A DNA stretch of 64,000 nucleotides from the human T2T-CHM13v2.0 reference genome, Homo sapiens. Below the pieces are notes generated by a model. It was not told the DNA's origin and searched no databases. It saw only the letters and a list, made by a program, of their open reading frames with translations. The stretch lies in the NCBI RefSeq assembly GCF_009914755.1, contig NC_060930.1; one strand, written 5' to 3'. A program made the position numbers and the translations under genes. Below, one piece after another: positions 48,312 to 61,299 of the stretch (positions within the stretch are counted from its first letter, which is position 1; every line of letters begins with the position of its first letter).

Positions 48312-48473
48312 TAGGAAGCCCTAAGTTTTAAAAACTTTTTAAAGTTTAAATTAAGCAAAGAGCTTCATCAAAACATTTAAATTCGGCAAATAAGTGCTAT
48401 TACAGAGATGCATAGATTTGTTTTTCCTTTTCTTACTTTCCCTCTCTTCCTCCTTCCTTCCCTTTCCTTCCCC

Positions 48474-48732
48474 CTTTTTTGTTGTGGTAAAATATACATA
48501 ACATAAAGTTTACCATTTCAACGATTTTTAAGCACACATATTTCAGTGGCATTAAGTACATTCACATTGCTGTGTAGCCGTCACCACCATCCATCCATCT
48601 CCAGAAGTCTTTTCATCATTCCAGACTGAAATTCTGTACTCAGTAAACACTAACTCTTCATTCCCTCAGCCATGGCTACCCCATTTTACTTTTTGTCTCT
48701 CTGAATTTGACTACTCTAGGGACCTCCTGTAA
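48474..48732 (-). mobile_element. L1MB-type 3' end
   Basis: TTGTGGTAAAATATACATAACATAAAGTTTACCATT...CAGTGGCATTAAGTACATTCACATTG...GAATTTGACTACTCTAGGGACCTC. Confidence 0.9.
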
Positions 48733-50019
48733 TCTTTCCCTTTTAACCTCCATGCTGCTAAGTATTATTGAAAGCCATTCCCTCATTCCAAAGTTACTGT
48801 TATCTTCTGTCTTCAAAGGCTCCGGTTCAGAGTCCATTTAGGGGGTTAAAAAACATGGATTTGCACCCTGATCTCTTCAGCTTAACTCAGACATCATTCT
48901 CTGACTTGGACACCTAATCACTGTGATTGCGATTTTTCATTACTGCATTCCCTATTAGTTGGAAGGATTTTAGGCAAATGTGACTTTGAGTTGGGTGGGA
49001 GGTGGTGGGAGGCCTTACCAAGCATGGCTCACTTAGCAGTATTGATACCCATCTCTCTGTAGAAGAGACCTCTGGGTACGGGATCGGCGGGGGAGGGGGG
49101 CGGCGCTCAGATGACAGCATGGGTCCTTCACTGGTCATCCTGACAGTGACTTGTCTGAGCTCTCACAGTTTGTAATGGGTGGTGGTGCTGGGAGCTGGCA
49201 GGTTTCAGTTTGACGCTAGCACACCCACCTTCCCAACTACTGCCAACTGCCTCCAGTGTTAAGATGTTTGGGCTTCCTTTAAGAATATAGTTTAGTTACA
49301 GACAATCTCGAAGAAGGTCAATAATTCACTGGGTTAGCTTTTAGGCCAACCCTTCATATAATAAAACAATCGGCTTCTTTGTAAATACCAGTCATTCCTC
49401 TGTGCTTGGCCTTTAAGATATTCTTCATATAGGGTTTAGGAGAAGGAAGCCCACTGGTTACTGAACTGAAGCAGCCATCAGCTACAGAGACAGTAGTGCT
49501 CACAGTCATTTGTAGGAAACTATAAGTGTTGATGAAAAACTGCAAGATTTCACTGGAAAACACAGTAATTCTGTGTTGAGTAAAATGGAGGTGCAGTAAG
49601 GAAAGTGAGGCTTCAAGGTGGTAATGGCGTGCAAGTCAGTGTTTTTGAGCAGAGAAGTGATACGCACAAGGCTGTTAGTATGAGGAACTCTTCTCTCAAT
49701 GACCTGGAAGAGATGACTAGAGGCAGGGAGGCCAGTTAGGAAACAGACAGAATAGCGGAAAAGTTGGCCCTAAACTAGGTGATAGTACTGAATATGGAAA
49801 GTACATTTCTCTTAGTTGAAAGGAGTTGATTAGAGACAAGTGTAGTTTCTAGACTGGGTTCTGCATATATAGTTTCATTCAACAAGTATTTATTGTATGT
49901 TACTATATTAGATATAAAAGCTTTATCTGAGCAGCACATACTCTTGTGAATGTCATAGCTAATATGACGCAAAATGCTCATCAATTGAGACATTTCACTA
50001 ATGTTTAATTGATAGTGGT

Positions 50020-50210
50020 AATATTCATATTTGTTAATATGCTTTTCTAAGTGTTTTATATGCATTTATTTGTCAAGTCCCTTATGACATCTCTGTGCTA
50101 TATAGTTACTTCTATGGCACCTGTTTGTAGAGGTGGAACAGCAAGGCAAAGAGAGGTTAAGTAAGTCTTAAGTAGAATCCCTGTAGGGCCAGGATTTGAA
50201 CACAGGTTGT
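50020..50210 (-). mobile_element. MIR fragment
   Basis: AAGTGTTTTATATGCATTTATT...AGAGAGGTTAAGTAAG...GCCAGGATTTGAACACAGG. Confidence 0.6.
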
Positions 50211-50613
50211 CACCTACACAGCCCATGGTTTGACCCACCCCTTGAGTGAAGAATGTGATGTAATATAGCCAACCTGTGTTCCAGGACTCTACAAAAGATT
50301 GTGAAGTTCTGCTCTTTATGAAGCAATTTTTTAGTAGCTCTTACCCCTTCTCATATGAAAGAGTGTTAGGGAAACCTAGAATAAGAAGAGAATTTCTAAA
50401 ACTAAATATTGTGAACTGTTTGGATTTTCTTAGCAATATGAGGGAACCTAAAGTGATCACACTTATACCACTGATTCACTGGTTTCACTCAGGGGTTTTG
50501 TTTTTGTTTTTCTCTATCTTTGGGTAATCTTGAATAGGGCCGAGCTATTATTTACTCCTGATCAGTAAAATTCTAGGCTTCTGTCTAATTTTGTTAACAT
50601 TTATGCATTGCCG

Positions 50614-50951
50614 TTTTTTTTTTTTTTGTTGTTGTTGTTGTTGTTGTTGTTTTGGTTTGTTTTGGTTTGGTTTTGAGATGGAGACTAGCTCTGTTGCCAG
50701 GCTGGAGTGCAGTGGCTGATCTTGGCTCACTGCAACCTCCACCTCCCAGGTTCAAGCGATTCTTCTGCCTCAGCCTCCCGAGTAGCTGGGATTACAGGCA
50801 AGCACTGCCACACCCAGCTAATTGTTACATTTTTAGTAGAGACGGAGTTTCACCATGTTGGCCAGGACGGTCTCATCTCCTGACCTCATGATCCGCCCAC
50901 TTCAGCCTCCCAAAGTGCTGGGATTACAGGCGTGAGCCACCATGCCCGGCC
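50614..50951 (-). mobile_element. AluSc-like SINE with T/(TTG)n tail
   Basis: Reverse Alu with GTTGCCAGGCTGG. Confidence 0.95.
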
Positions 50952-52144
50952 TGTTTTTTTTTTTTGCTTTGTTTTGTTTTTTGTTGTTGTTGTTTTTAAC
51001 TGTTCTCATGTAGCAAGACTTCTTTTCAGTTTAGGCAAAGCAACTTGTGTCAATTTATCTAAATTGAAATTTTGCATGTGTGAAACTGAAAAATCTTTCT
51101 CTAGTGCTTAATCCTTCACGATAAGAAAGTAGGTGTGACCTCTTTTGTTTTTAGCTATGAAATTGCTACTTTCCTATTTTTCCTTCTGTAGGAAATCTAT
51201 AGATTGTGATCACTAATAGAACTATCATAGGGAATTATTAGTTTAACTTTTTAATGAAGGAAAAGAGACATGAGTCATGCAGTTAACTGCAACAGCCTGG
51301 TCCGAAGGCCAGGACACCTCTCATAGTTTTTCTTTTTTTCCTTTTCCCTATGGTGTGTGTTTTTTAAGTTTTTTTGGTTTTGCTTTGAGGGGGTGTAGAA
51401 TGGGCAAATTGAATGGAGAAAGCATTCTGTACTTCTTTTCATTTGTTCTACTTTCTCTTTTACCTTTTGTTTTTAGTGCAGGTATGATAAACTCTTGGTG
51501 ACTAATCATGGTCAAGGATTTCCATATTGTCATTAAAGCATGTATATATTATCGACATTTAAAGAGTTGGAAAAATGAACACAAGATAATTAGATTGCTA
51601 TTTGAGGATTTTGTAGTTCCTTCAAGCTCTAATTAATTGTCCAAAAAGTATTGTAGTTCTATGATAAATTCCCTTGCATATGAATTCTACACCTTTAGTC
51701 AGTAGTTAGAGCCAAAAACAAATTATGTAGCAGTTATGCCTTGATTAGTTAAAATGAACTAAGTGGAAAAATTGAAAAGAAAGCTTAATTGGTGTGAAGT
51801 ATTGCATTATTTTCTGCTATGGGAATTTTTATGGTGAAGTATAAAATGAAAATGTGATATAAATTCATTTTAAAGTCTTGAGGAAAGAATTCTTTCCTTA
51901 GAAAGTTATGTTTTTATGAACCACGGTCCATGAACAACCGTTTCACAATAGACATAATGGTCCATAGTTTAATTGTAGTTGCATTTTATTTATTTTTGTA
52001 TAGTGTTAATGTGAATATTATCAGAGGATTTGACTTTTATTACAAATGAATCTAAATGCATAAGCACCGTAAGACTTCCTACTGTTGTCTTTCTCTACTA
52101 CCTTATTTTGGTTGATACCTGTGTAGCATTTTTCAAAAGGTACA

Positions 52145-52630
52145 GTTATTTCTCAGAATTTATGATAATAAGGAACCGACAGATTCAGGAAGCATACTGC
52201 ATTCCAGGTGTGAATAAGAAATCTATGCCTAGACCGAAGCTATAGAACATCAAAGACAAAGAGAAAGTCTAGAAAGCAGCCAGAGAAAAAGCGCAGCTCA
52301 TCTATAAAGAAATAGACTGGCAGTAACACCATGGAACTCAGAAGAAACACATAAATGTCTATAAAATAGCAATTTAGCAAGACTGTTTCAAGTACTGTTC
52401 AAGAATTATGATAAGATGAAAACATTTTAAACAACAGCTGAGGGAGTTTTACCAAAGATCTCTAAAATTCTTCTGAAAGAACTGCAGGATGTAATTAAGA
52501 CACAGGAAAATTATCCCAGAAGGAATACCTGAGATGTAGGATGGAATAGTAAACAGATAGAATGGCACAGTAAAGCCAAACAAACATGATATAACGTAAT
52601 AATTGTGTTTAATTTGTGGAATTAAAGGCA
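52145..52630 (+). mobile_element. Old L1M ORF1-region fragment
   Basis: CAGATTCAGGAAGCA...AGAAATCTATGCCTAGAC..AGAACATCAAAGACAAAGAGAAAGTCTAGAAAGCAGCCAGAGAAAAA. Confidence 0.75.
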
Positions 52631-52954
52631 AAAAACTGCAATGACATGAGTTAGTCCATGTTGAAGAAGTCCACCAGGCAGTTGTGAGAACATGGGAGTG
52701 GGCTGATAAGGCAGTTATGAGGGCTCCATTGTCAGCAAACAAGTCAAGTGTAAACTAAGAACAAAGTCACTTAGATTGAGAATACATGATGAGGATTAGG
52801 GCTACCTTTGGTGAATATATGGTATACTGGAGGCTAACTGGAGGCTGCCTTTATGCAACTGGCCTTGGTTGTCAGTAGTTGACTCTAGCCAACTGTAAAT
52901 AGAAGACATTATTGGGTTGGTATACTGTAGTACAAAGAGTAACACCCAGGGGGC

Positions 52955-53085
52955 AAGAGACCTAGGCTTTAGTCTAATTTCCTCAAATAATTGTACGTGA
53001 CCTTAGACAGTCATTTATCCTATTTGGCTTCCGTTTTCCTCATCTATGAAATAAGAAGTTATACTCTGTTAATATCCAGTGTTCG
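52955..53085 (+). mobile_element. MIR fragment
   Basis: GTGACCTTAGACAGTCATTTA...TTTCCTCATCTATGAAATAAG. Confidence 0.7.
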
Positions 53086-53201
53086 TTTCAGATCTATGAA
53101 TAATACTGCAGATTAACAATGAAAGCAACAAATGTGCGCAAATAATAGGAATGGTATGGGACCTTACATGGTGAGGTTTTTAAGTATGGCATGAGGTTTT
53201 G

Positions 53202-53504
53202 TTTTGTTTTGTTTCGTTTTTTTGAAATGAAGTTTCGCTCTTGTTGCCCAGGCTGGAGTGCAATGGCATATCTCGGCTCACCGCAACCTCTGCCTCCTGG
53301 GTTGAAGCAATTCTCCTGCTTCAGCCTCTCGAGTAGCTGGGATTACAGGCATGTGCCACCATGCCTGGCTAATTTTGTATTTTTAGTAGGGACGGGGTTT
53401 CTCCATGTTGGTCAGGCTGGTCCCGAACTCCTGACCTCAGGTGGTCCGCCCGCCTCGGCCTCCCAAAGTGCTGGGATTACAGGCGTGAGCCACGGCGCCC
53501 TGCC
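53202..53504 (-). mobile_element. AluSp SINE
   Basis: TTTCGCTCTTGTTGCCCAGG, CTCACCGCAACC, TTTCTCCATGTTGGTCAGG; TSD GGCATGA(G/A)GTTTTG. Confidence 0.95.
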
Positions 53505-54639
53505 GGCATGAAGTTTTGAACTTGCCATTTTGCCGCTCTAGTGCTGCCTAAGGCACTTTGAAGGCAGTAATTGCAGAGGCATTTCGTGCCTTCAAAGCTC
53601 AGTCCCAACCTAAGTTCCTTACCCTCTGAGATGATCCCAGGAGTGGCCTCCTCTGTTGCATGACATTTAGATCCAGGGCTCTCTGAAGCCTATGGACTTA
53701 GTACCATTCATGTGAGATGGAGTGATGGCAGGAAAAGAATTCTGTGTTGCAACTGCTGTGCCCTGAAGTTGAGACCTCAGTTGAAGGTAATGATAAAAAA
53801 AGAAATGCTAGGTGCATTATTACTGCTTCATCTCTACTTCCTTGGGTTAGTTAAAAGGCATTTACCAGATTAGTTAACACTGAAAACAGGATCTGTCACG
53901 AGCCAAGTATTTCAGTGTGTGTTTTGTGTTTTGCTCAAAATAACCCTGGTATCCAACACTCACATTAAACACCACAGGAAGATTTTGGTTGAATGTGTAC
54001 TGAAGGTTGAGGGGTGCCTGCAACGCAATCTCATGGACTTACCTTTTTTTCTGTACTGACTAGAAACTGATTGCACTATAGCCAAATTACATACCAGCAC
54101 AAAGGGAATTCAGCGGCAGGCCTGAACAGAATAGAAGTGACAAGCAAGAATCAATTAAAGGAGTCAGCCCCCTGGGTCTGTTCAGTAACACAGGCTAGCA
54201 CTGTGGGAATCTTATACTCGGTGCTTTGCTCAAGATCAGTGCCTTGACTTTGTACATTGCTAATGCACACACAAAACCTTTGGGTATCATGAAATTTTTG
54301 ATGACATTATTGAATATTTGAATATTGCTGGGTGTTTTTTGTTTTGTTTTTGGTGACTCAGCGTATAAACCTGCTTTCTTTGGGGGACAAAAGAAAGGTA
54401 TGGAACTTAAAACGCAGTATGTATTTTCTGCTACTGAATCCAAAGATCGTAGATGCTACTGAGGGAGCATGTGACTAATGACTAAGGCTTGGCCAGCCAT
54501 TAGCTCTTGCCTGATTAAACTCCACAGACTTTGGAATCTAGCAATATTGTCAGCATCGTGTGTCCATTATTAGAATTGTTGGTGGTGACTTTCTGGGCAA
54601 ATTATTTCTTTTGACCAGTCTCCCTTGGTTCTTACCTTT

Positions 54640-54758
54640 TATGCAATCCTGGTTCTCCACTACTGATTCTGTAAACTAATCCAATATTTTTAATGAAATC
54701 CGCTTCCTTAGTTAGCTAAATTCAGTTTCGATTCTTTCTAAGAATCCTGATTGCTACA
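54640..54758 (+). mobile_element. Possible ancient ERVL LTR 3' end (LTR33/LTR16-like)
   Basis: CCAATATTTTTAATGAAATCC..TTAGTTAGCTAAATTCAGTTTC..AAGAATCCTGATTGCTACA. Confidence 0.4.
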
Positions 54759-55149
54759 GTTAGGAAATCAGCTATCATATGAGTTTTAAAATAAGGGGAG
54801 GTATGCTATGAATTATTGGTAAGTAGGGTCCTGCTATGAAAGTGATGAGAGAGACTCTGTACTTTAATAGGTTAAAACTTATTTGTAATTATGTTGCTGT
54901 GGAATATAAGCAGTTTTTTTCATCTCACCCAATACAGCTACTAGGCTTTATAGATGTATGACAGAGTTACCATGTGCAATAGAGTTTGGGGTGATACCAA
55001 CACCATTGAATTAATCAGTGTTTTGATAGAAGGGTGATCATCTGAATTCCAAATTTGAGGAATACAATAGTTTTCAGTTAAATATGAATCTTTAGATTGG
55101 CATCTAGAGCCATTAAATTTCCTTTGTAAACTAAAGCATGATGAGTAAA

Positions 55150-55900
55150 AAATTACCAATTACCTTATGTATACTAAATACTGTACTAGTCTCTGTATTA
55201 TGCCAGGAATAAAAAAAAAAAGGATAGCACAATAATATGCCACTCTCCATCTTAGAGAAACATGCAGGCTAAAGTAAAAAACAAATAATCAGATTATTAT
55301 AACTCAGTATTTTGAAGAGCAGCTGGCTAATCTGACTCGAGGGCATCAGACTGGGAAAGACGAGATGACATTTGATACCACGTGTCTTTTAATCCAGCAT
55401 TTTTCACACAATGCCCTGCACGTCATAGCTACTGAGAAAATATTTGGGGAGTAAGTTTGAACGGAACTGTGACTTGAAGAATAAAGAGTTGATGAGAGCC
55501 TGATGGAGATATAAAGAAACACCAGGGATATGATTTCTGATTGGAGCAATACAAGGAGAAACGGATAAGTCCCGGAGTTTTGAGCTTGGGCAGATTGGGA
55601 AATAGTTTGTCAATAACTGACAATACAGAAGTTAGTTAGGGATCAGCAGAATGATGAGAGAAAATTAATTTAGTTTTTGACATGTTAAATTCAAGGTTTT
55701 TGAAGGACATCCTCATGGGACTGTTTAGTGTGCAGTTGGAGAGGTCTGGTCAATCCTGGAGCTTGGGTGGAGGAAACTAAGACACAGATTTGGGATTCAT
55801 CACAATATTTGATATTTGAAGCCATATCTGATATTCTCCTGGGTGTGAATGAGATTGCTCAAGAAAAGTGCGAAGACTGTCTCTGATAGATCCATGAGGA
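55150..55900 (-). mobile_element. L2 fragments
   Basis: TTTAGTTTTTGACATGTTAAATTCAAGGTTTTTGAAGGACATCC, GACACAGATTTGGGATTCATCA, GAATGAGATTGCTCAAG. Confidence 0.7.
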
Positions 55901-56661
55901 AGATAATACTTTTAAATTTGACACTTCTAGAGCTGATCAGAGTTATTCTAAAGGGGACCCACTGTAGTTAGAACACTTCTGTAGCCTGTTTCTATTGGGA
56001 GCAGTTGGTTCTCCTGACTTCAGAGTTTCCCAGGTGCTGACTTACCGTATAACCCTGCGTTTGCTGTCATTCTGTCTTCACTTCACTGCTTTCATTCCTG
56101 GCACGATAGTAAAATTGTAGATGTTCTCCTGTCCTCATTGTGCCAATCACAGCATTACTCCGACCCCACTGCTACATACATCCCCCAACCCTCAGAAAGA
56201 AACACAAAGCTGTGATGTGAATCCTGCATCTTCATTGCCTTCAAGACAGCAAAAATTAGACCGGTTCAGAGCCTCTTGATACATCTGTAAGGAGATATCT
56301 TCTCACAAATGGAAACTCTTTTCAGTTTGCTCAGGAGAAGGGTTGGTAGAAGTGGTTCTTTTATCTCGGAAGACATTTGCCTAGTTTAAGTACAGTACTT
56401 GAGCCAGCCTGGCTTGTAGACAGTGTCTGTCAAATTACTATTGGCTGCTATTTTTGCATTATTAGAAACATTTCAGTATTAATCGTTATTTCCCCTTTTA
56501 ATGCTTTGTGCTGTATTTTCACGTCAATAATCACTGATACATTTATATGCAATTATGTCTTCAGTTTTTAAAAAAAGAGCCCCCTCAATGTAATTTTAAA
56601 CTTCAATACTCAATTGCAAATAGGTGCCACCATCGCCACCCCCCACCCCAAATATCTAGAT

Positions 56662-57450
56662 TTGTCCAGTGTGGCTGTTGAGCACTTGAATTGTGGCTAC
56701 TTTACAAAGTGAGATCTGCTTCAAGTAAAAGATACACATCGGATTTTGAAGACATGGCATTAAAAACAAAGTAAAATACAGCAAGTCCTTGAATAATATT
56801 GTTTTGTTCAATGTTGTTTCCTTATAACTTGGAGGAGAAAAAAAAATATCGATTCCCAGCTGGGACCACTGTCTGTGTGGAGCTTCCTCCTACATCCCGA
56901 AGATGTGCCCGTTATGGGACCTGGCATGTCGGCATGGTCTCATTGTGAGTGATTGTGGGTGTGTGAGTGGCCCTGCAATGGAGTGGCATTCTGGCCAGAG
57001 TGGGTCCCGCCTGTGCTCTGCAGGGATGGGCTCTGCCCATGTGCGACCCAAACTGGAATACTTGGGTAAATAATGATATTACTTATTTTTACTAATCTTT
57101 CGTAAATGTATGTATAGCTCACGTTTGTTTCGATGTTTAATATTGTAAGTATTTTGAGTCTTATTTCTTATTTATATAAATTGGCCCATGGAAAACTTGG
57201 TTTCCTGGTAGGGCATTTTACTTGAAGTCATGCCTTCCAAGGAACCTATCAATGTTGTTAAGTGAAGACTTACTGTATCTCATTAATTTTGTATTGCTTA
57301 AAGGTTGAAATGATAAAATTTGGGGTATGTTGGGTCAAATAAAACATGTTATCAAAATAATTCCACCTGTTTCCCTTTGCTTAGTGTGGCTGCTAGGAAA
57401 TGGTAAATTACAAATGTAGTTGGATTGTATTTCTGTTGGACAGGGTTGCT
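56662..57450. mobile_element. MER33-like hAT-Charlie fossil split by a Tigger element (pieces 56662-56778, 57276-57450)
   Basis: GTGGCTGTTGAGCACTTGAATTGTGGCTA...GGATTTTGAAGAC...GTAAAATA|TATCTCATTAATTTT...GTTGAAATGATAAAATTTTGG...TTTCTGTTGGACAG. Confidence 0.8.
56779..57275 (-). mobile_element. MER82-like TcMar-Tigger element
   Basis: Terminal inverted repeats CAGCAAGTCCTT / AAGACTTACTG with TA duplicated at 56777-56778 and 57276-57277. Confidence 0.8.
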
Positions 57451-57744
57451 CTAGACAAACCTACACCAAACACAACTTCTGCGCCCCAGTGAATGGACCT
57501 TCCCTGTGGACTTGTTACAGTGGTGGATTGCCCTTGTTTCAAATGTCATTGCCCAGTGTAGAAACCTCTGGTAATCCATCAACAATTCTGGTAAATTTTA
57601 AAGCCACATTATTGATTAGGGAGAGTTTTGGGAAGGCAGATTGGGAAATAATTCATACTCACTGAGCTACTCAAGAGTAATACTTCCAATCAGTAAAACA
57701 TCTATTGGGGACCACAGGAAGATGTTCTTTTTGTTTGTTTGTTG

Positions 57745-57828
57745 TGGCTAATAGATGACTATTAGATTTTATAAAATATGTTTGTTTTGGCTATTAAATG
57801 ACTATTAGATTTTATAAAATATATGTTT
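57745..57828. repeat. Tandem duplication, unit about 43 bp, 2 copies
   Basis: TGGCTA..A.ATGACTATTAGATTTTATAAAATAT(AT)GTTT occurs twice. Confidence 0.9.
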
Positions 57829-58167
57829 ACTTACTACCTTGTTCCCAAAGGGATTTAAGGCATTTAGTTAGCATCTTTCTTTAGGAATTCATCAGTAGTA
57901 ACAAATGAGCAGTGCTAGTTGAAATTCTAAAATAAAAACTCATATTCCTCTAGGTAATTGCTTTTTAACCTTTTTAGGGGTCTTTCCTGAGACCAGACTG
58001 CATTCATCTGAAAACAAACCTGTAGTTAGGACAATCCATGAGTAAAGAAGGCCTCATATTTAGAATGTCATAGCTTCTCAGAATCTGCTTTGAAATTGAA
58101 AGTCAACATAGCTCCTTCTGCTGTGGTGCAAATGTCTAGAGCCTAAACATCTCTAAAATGGAAACTG

Positions 58168-58480
58168 GGCTGGGTGTGGTGGCTCATGCCTGAAATCCCA
58201 GCACTTTGGGAAGCTGAGGCAGACAGAAGGATTGCTTGAGCCCAGGAGTTGGAGACCAGCCTGGGCAACATGAGACACCATCTCTACAAAAAAAAAAAAA
58301 AAAAAAAAATTAGCTGGGCATGGTGTCATGTGCTTGTAGTCCCAGTTACTCAAGGGGCTAAGGTGGGAGGATAGGTTGAGCCCAGGAGGTTGAGGCTGCA
58401 GTGAGTCATGATAGTGCCATGGCATTCCAGCCTGGGCAACAGAGCAAGACCATGTCTCTAAATAAAAGTAAAGTAATAAG
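58168..58480 (+). mobile_element. AluJ SINE with expanded central poly-A
   Basis: J-type sequence; TSD TAAAATGGAAACTG at 58154-58167 and 58481-58494. Confidence 0.95.
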
Positions 58481-58534
58481 TAAAATGGAAACTGACTTGT
58501 TTTTAGTAGGAAAGAATGTCTAAACAAAAAGTAG

Positions 58535-58844
<310 letters not shown>

Positions 58845-61299
58845 ATAACTATTTCCTTTTTATGATAAAACTCTGCTTCCTGGAGATACTTGTCAAAAAT
58901 TATTACCCATCTACATGTGAGACCTTCAGGTCTCAGCCTTACTCTTCGTTTACTAATCTGAAGTTTTGGATTTCTGGCGTATGAGAATTTCTGGTTTCCA
59001 GCACATCTCTTTCATTTCTGCTTAAATTTAGTAGCTAAATTAATCTGTAGCAAACTTTTCTATGGATTTTTGCAGGTGGGAAAATATACATAAATTCACA
59101 ATGGATGGACCTTGCCTTCATAGAGGTTAAAAGGAAAATAGACATATATGTGATTATATATACAACAGTAAAATTCTATCAGTCCAGTGCAGTAGTACAT
59201 AAAGTGCAGTACATTCCAACCATGGGGGTCAGGGAAGACTTGGAAGCATGACCTCAAAGGGCAAATGTACAGGGAAAGTGAAGGGATCTGTATGAATAAA
59301 GGGCTGAAAAAAAATACGGTAGGCTCAGCACAGAAATCATGACAGGGTGCTTCATATTCCAATAATGAGTTGAGGTAAGGGGTGATATCATATGGCAGAT
59401 TAGGAACAGATTCTCCAAAGCCCTTTATCCCGAGGTAAGAAGTCTAGACCCAGTTCTGTTGGTCTGAGGGATATTAAGCAGAATGACATGTTCAAATCTG
59501 TTATCTGAAGAGGACACTGGGGGCACCGTGAGGGAGAATGGGTTGGAAAGAGCCTGGTGTCAAGGAAACCAGTTTCACAGTATTCTAGGCTTAGGAGGAG
59601 AGATGCGAGTCTCAGTTAAGGCATTGGTAATGGGAATGGAGGCTAGTCTGTATTTCAGGAATGGTCAGATGATGTTTATAGCCAGCATCTGGTAAGTGCT
59701 GATTTCATTCTCATAACAACCATCAGAGCAGACTGTCGTCATATACATGAAGAAGCTGAGGCCCAGAGATGCTAAGAAACTTGTCTAACTTCTCCAAAGC
59801 CACTGCTTGGAGGAGTTAAATTTAGTTCTGTTTAGTGTTACCTGAGTCCATGTTTCACTTCCTATTTCTCTCTAGATTTGGAGGAAAAAGCAGTTCTGAA
59901 ATTGTAAAATTTCTAGCCTGGTGGCTTTTGCTTTCATTAAGGAAGGAGGGAAGAACTTGTCCATTAAATGTTGGTACTCCTGAAGGTTCTGTTTTAGGCT
60001 CTATCGTCCTTTGTGATGCCTTTTTATGATAAAACTCAGTCATCCACGCTCACTCAACTGTCATCTAATTGCCTGCGAATCCATGTTCTTTAGTCTCCTG
60101 CAACTTGTGCCATGACCTGTATTTCCTGCTGCCAGCGGGTCACCTCCGCGGATATACCACAAGCATGTCAAATTGCCGAGGACACAACCATGCCATTCAT
60201 TCTTCCCACCAAGCCAAAAGAAAATCTGGGTGTATCTGGACGACTCCTGTCTTCCCCTTCATATGCAGCCATTATGTTTCTAGAGCTAGAACCATCTGAA
60301 AATCTTAAGTCCTTTAGGGTTTTTTCGCCCCCTGCCTTTCTCTTTTAGCAAAGATAAATAAAAAGTGAAACAAATTGGCACAACTTGGAGGATGAAGAAG
60401 TAGCAAAAGACAAAGCTGTTAGAGGGATAGGAGAAAGTCATTTCAGGAAGGAGGGAATAGACATAACAAGCAAATTTGCCGTTCAGGAAATGTTTTATTT
60501 AAGAAAATTAATAATATTTAGAAAATAAATTGGATGGAAATAAATTTTTAACATTCCTTCTCTGATGAAGAACTGACCTAAAATGTAGTTAGTTCTTTAT
60601 TCTTGCTTTTTAACCTTGTAGATAACATCATGTTAGTCATTTACCCCCATACAAGTTGAGCACTCTGTAAGGGATGTAATTTAAACATGTCTCAAAACCA
60701 AAAACCAGTCCATGGGCAGATCTTTTTATTGCGATAATATATAACTACATAACTGTAAATTGGAACCTAAAAATATATATTTAATATGAAATTAATTTTT
60801 TTTAATTAACCCAAACTTTAACTTTTTTATAAGGGGTTGTGTTTGAATGCTTTAGCCACTAGGCATGTGTTTTTCTTTCTGATGCTGTTGGAGCTATAAA
60901 TAGTAGGTAGAACTGAATGAGATGGCATCACATAAACAACAGCCTAGCTTGGTCATTTCTCCTACTCAGATCGCGAGTCAAAATATTAAACAGTGGTGGT
61001 TTCAAACTATATGTAATTTCCTCAAAATTATGCTTCTCTAATATTTTTTCCATCGCTTTTTCCTCACCAAAGATTTGTTACCTCTCCCCTTATATAACTC
61101 TTGGTCATAACTCAATAAATTATTTTTTTAAGGAGTGGTACGTGAGTTTATGCTGTACGTGGTTTCTTTGGCTGATCTACTTGAGTCCTTAATTTTCTTA
61201 CAAAAAGTAACCTGGAACTTATGGCTAGAAACGATACATTCTTACAATATTAATGGCCGAAGGAACGTTACTTCTTTGCAGAACTCGATAAAGAAATGA

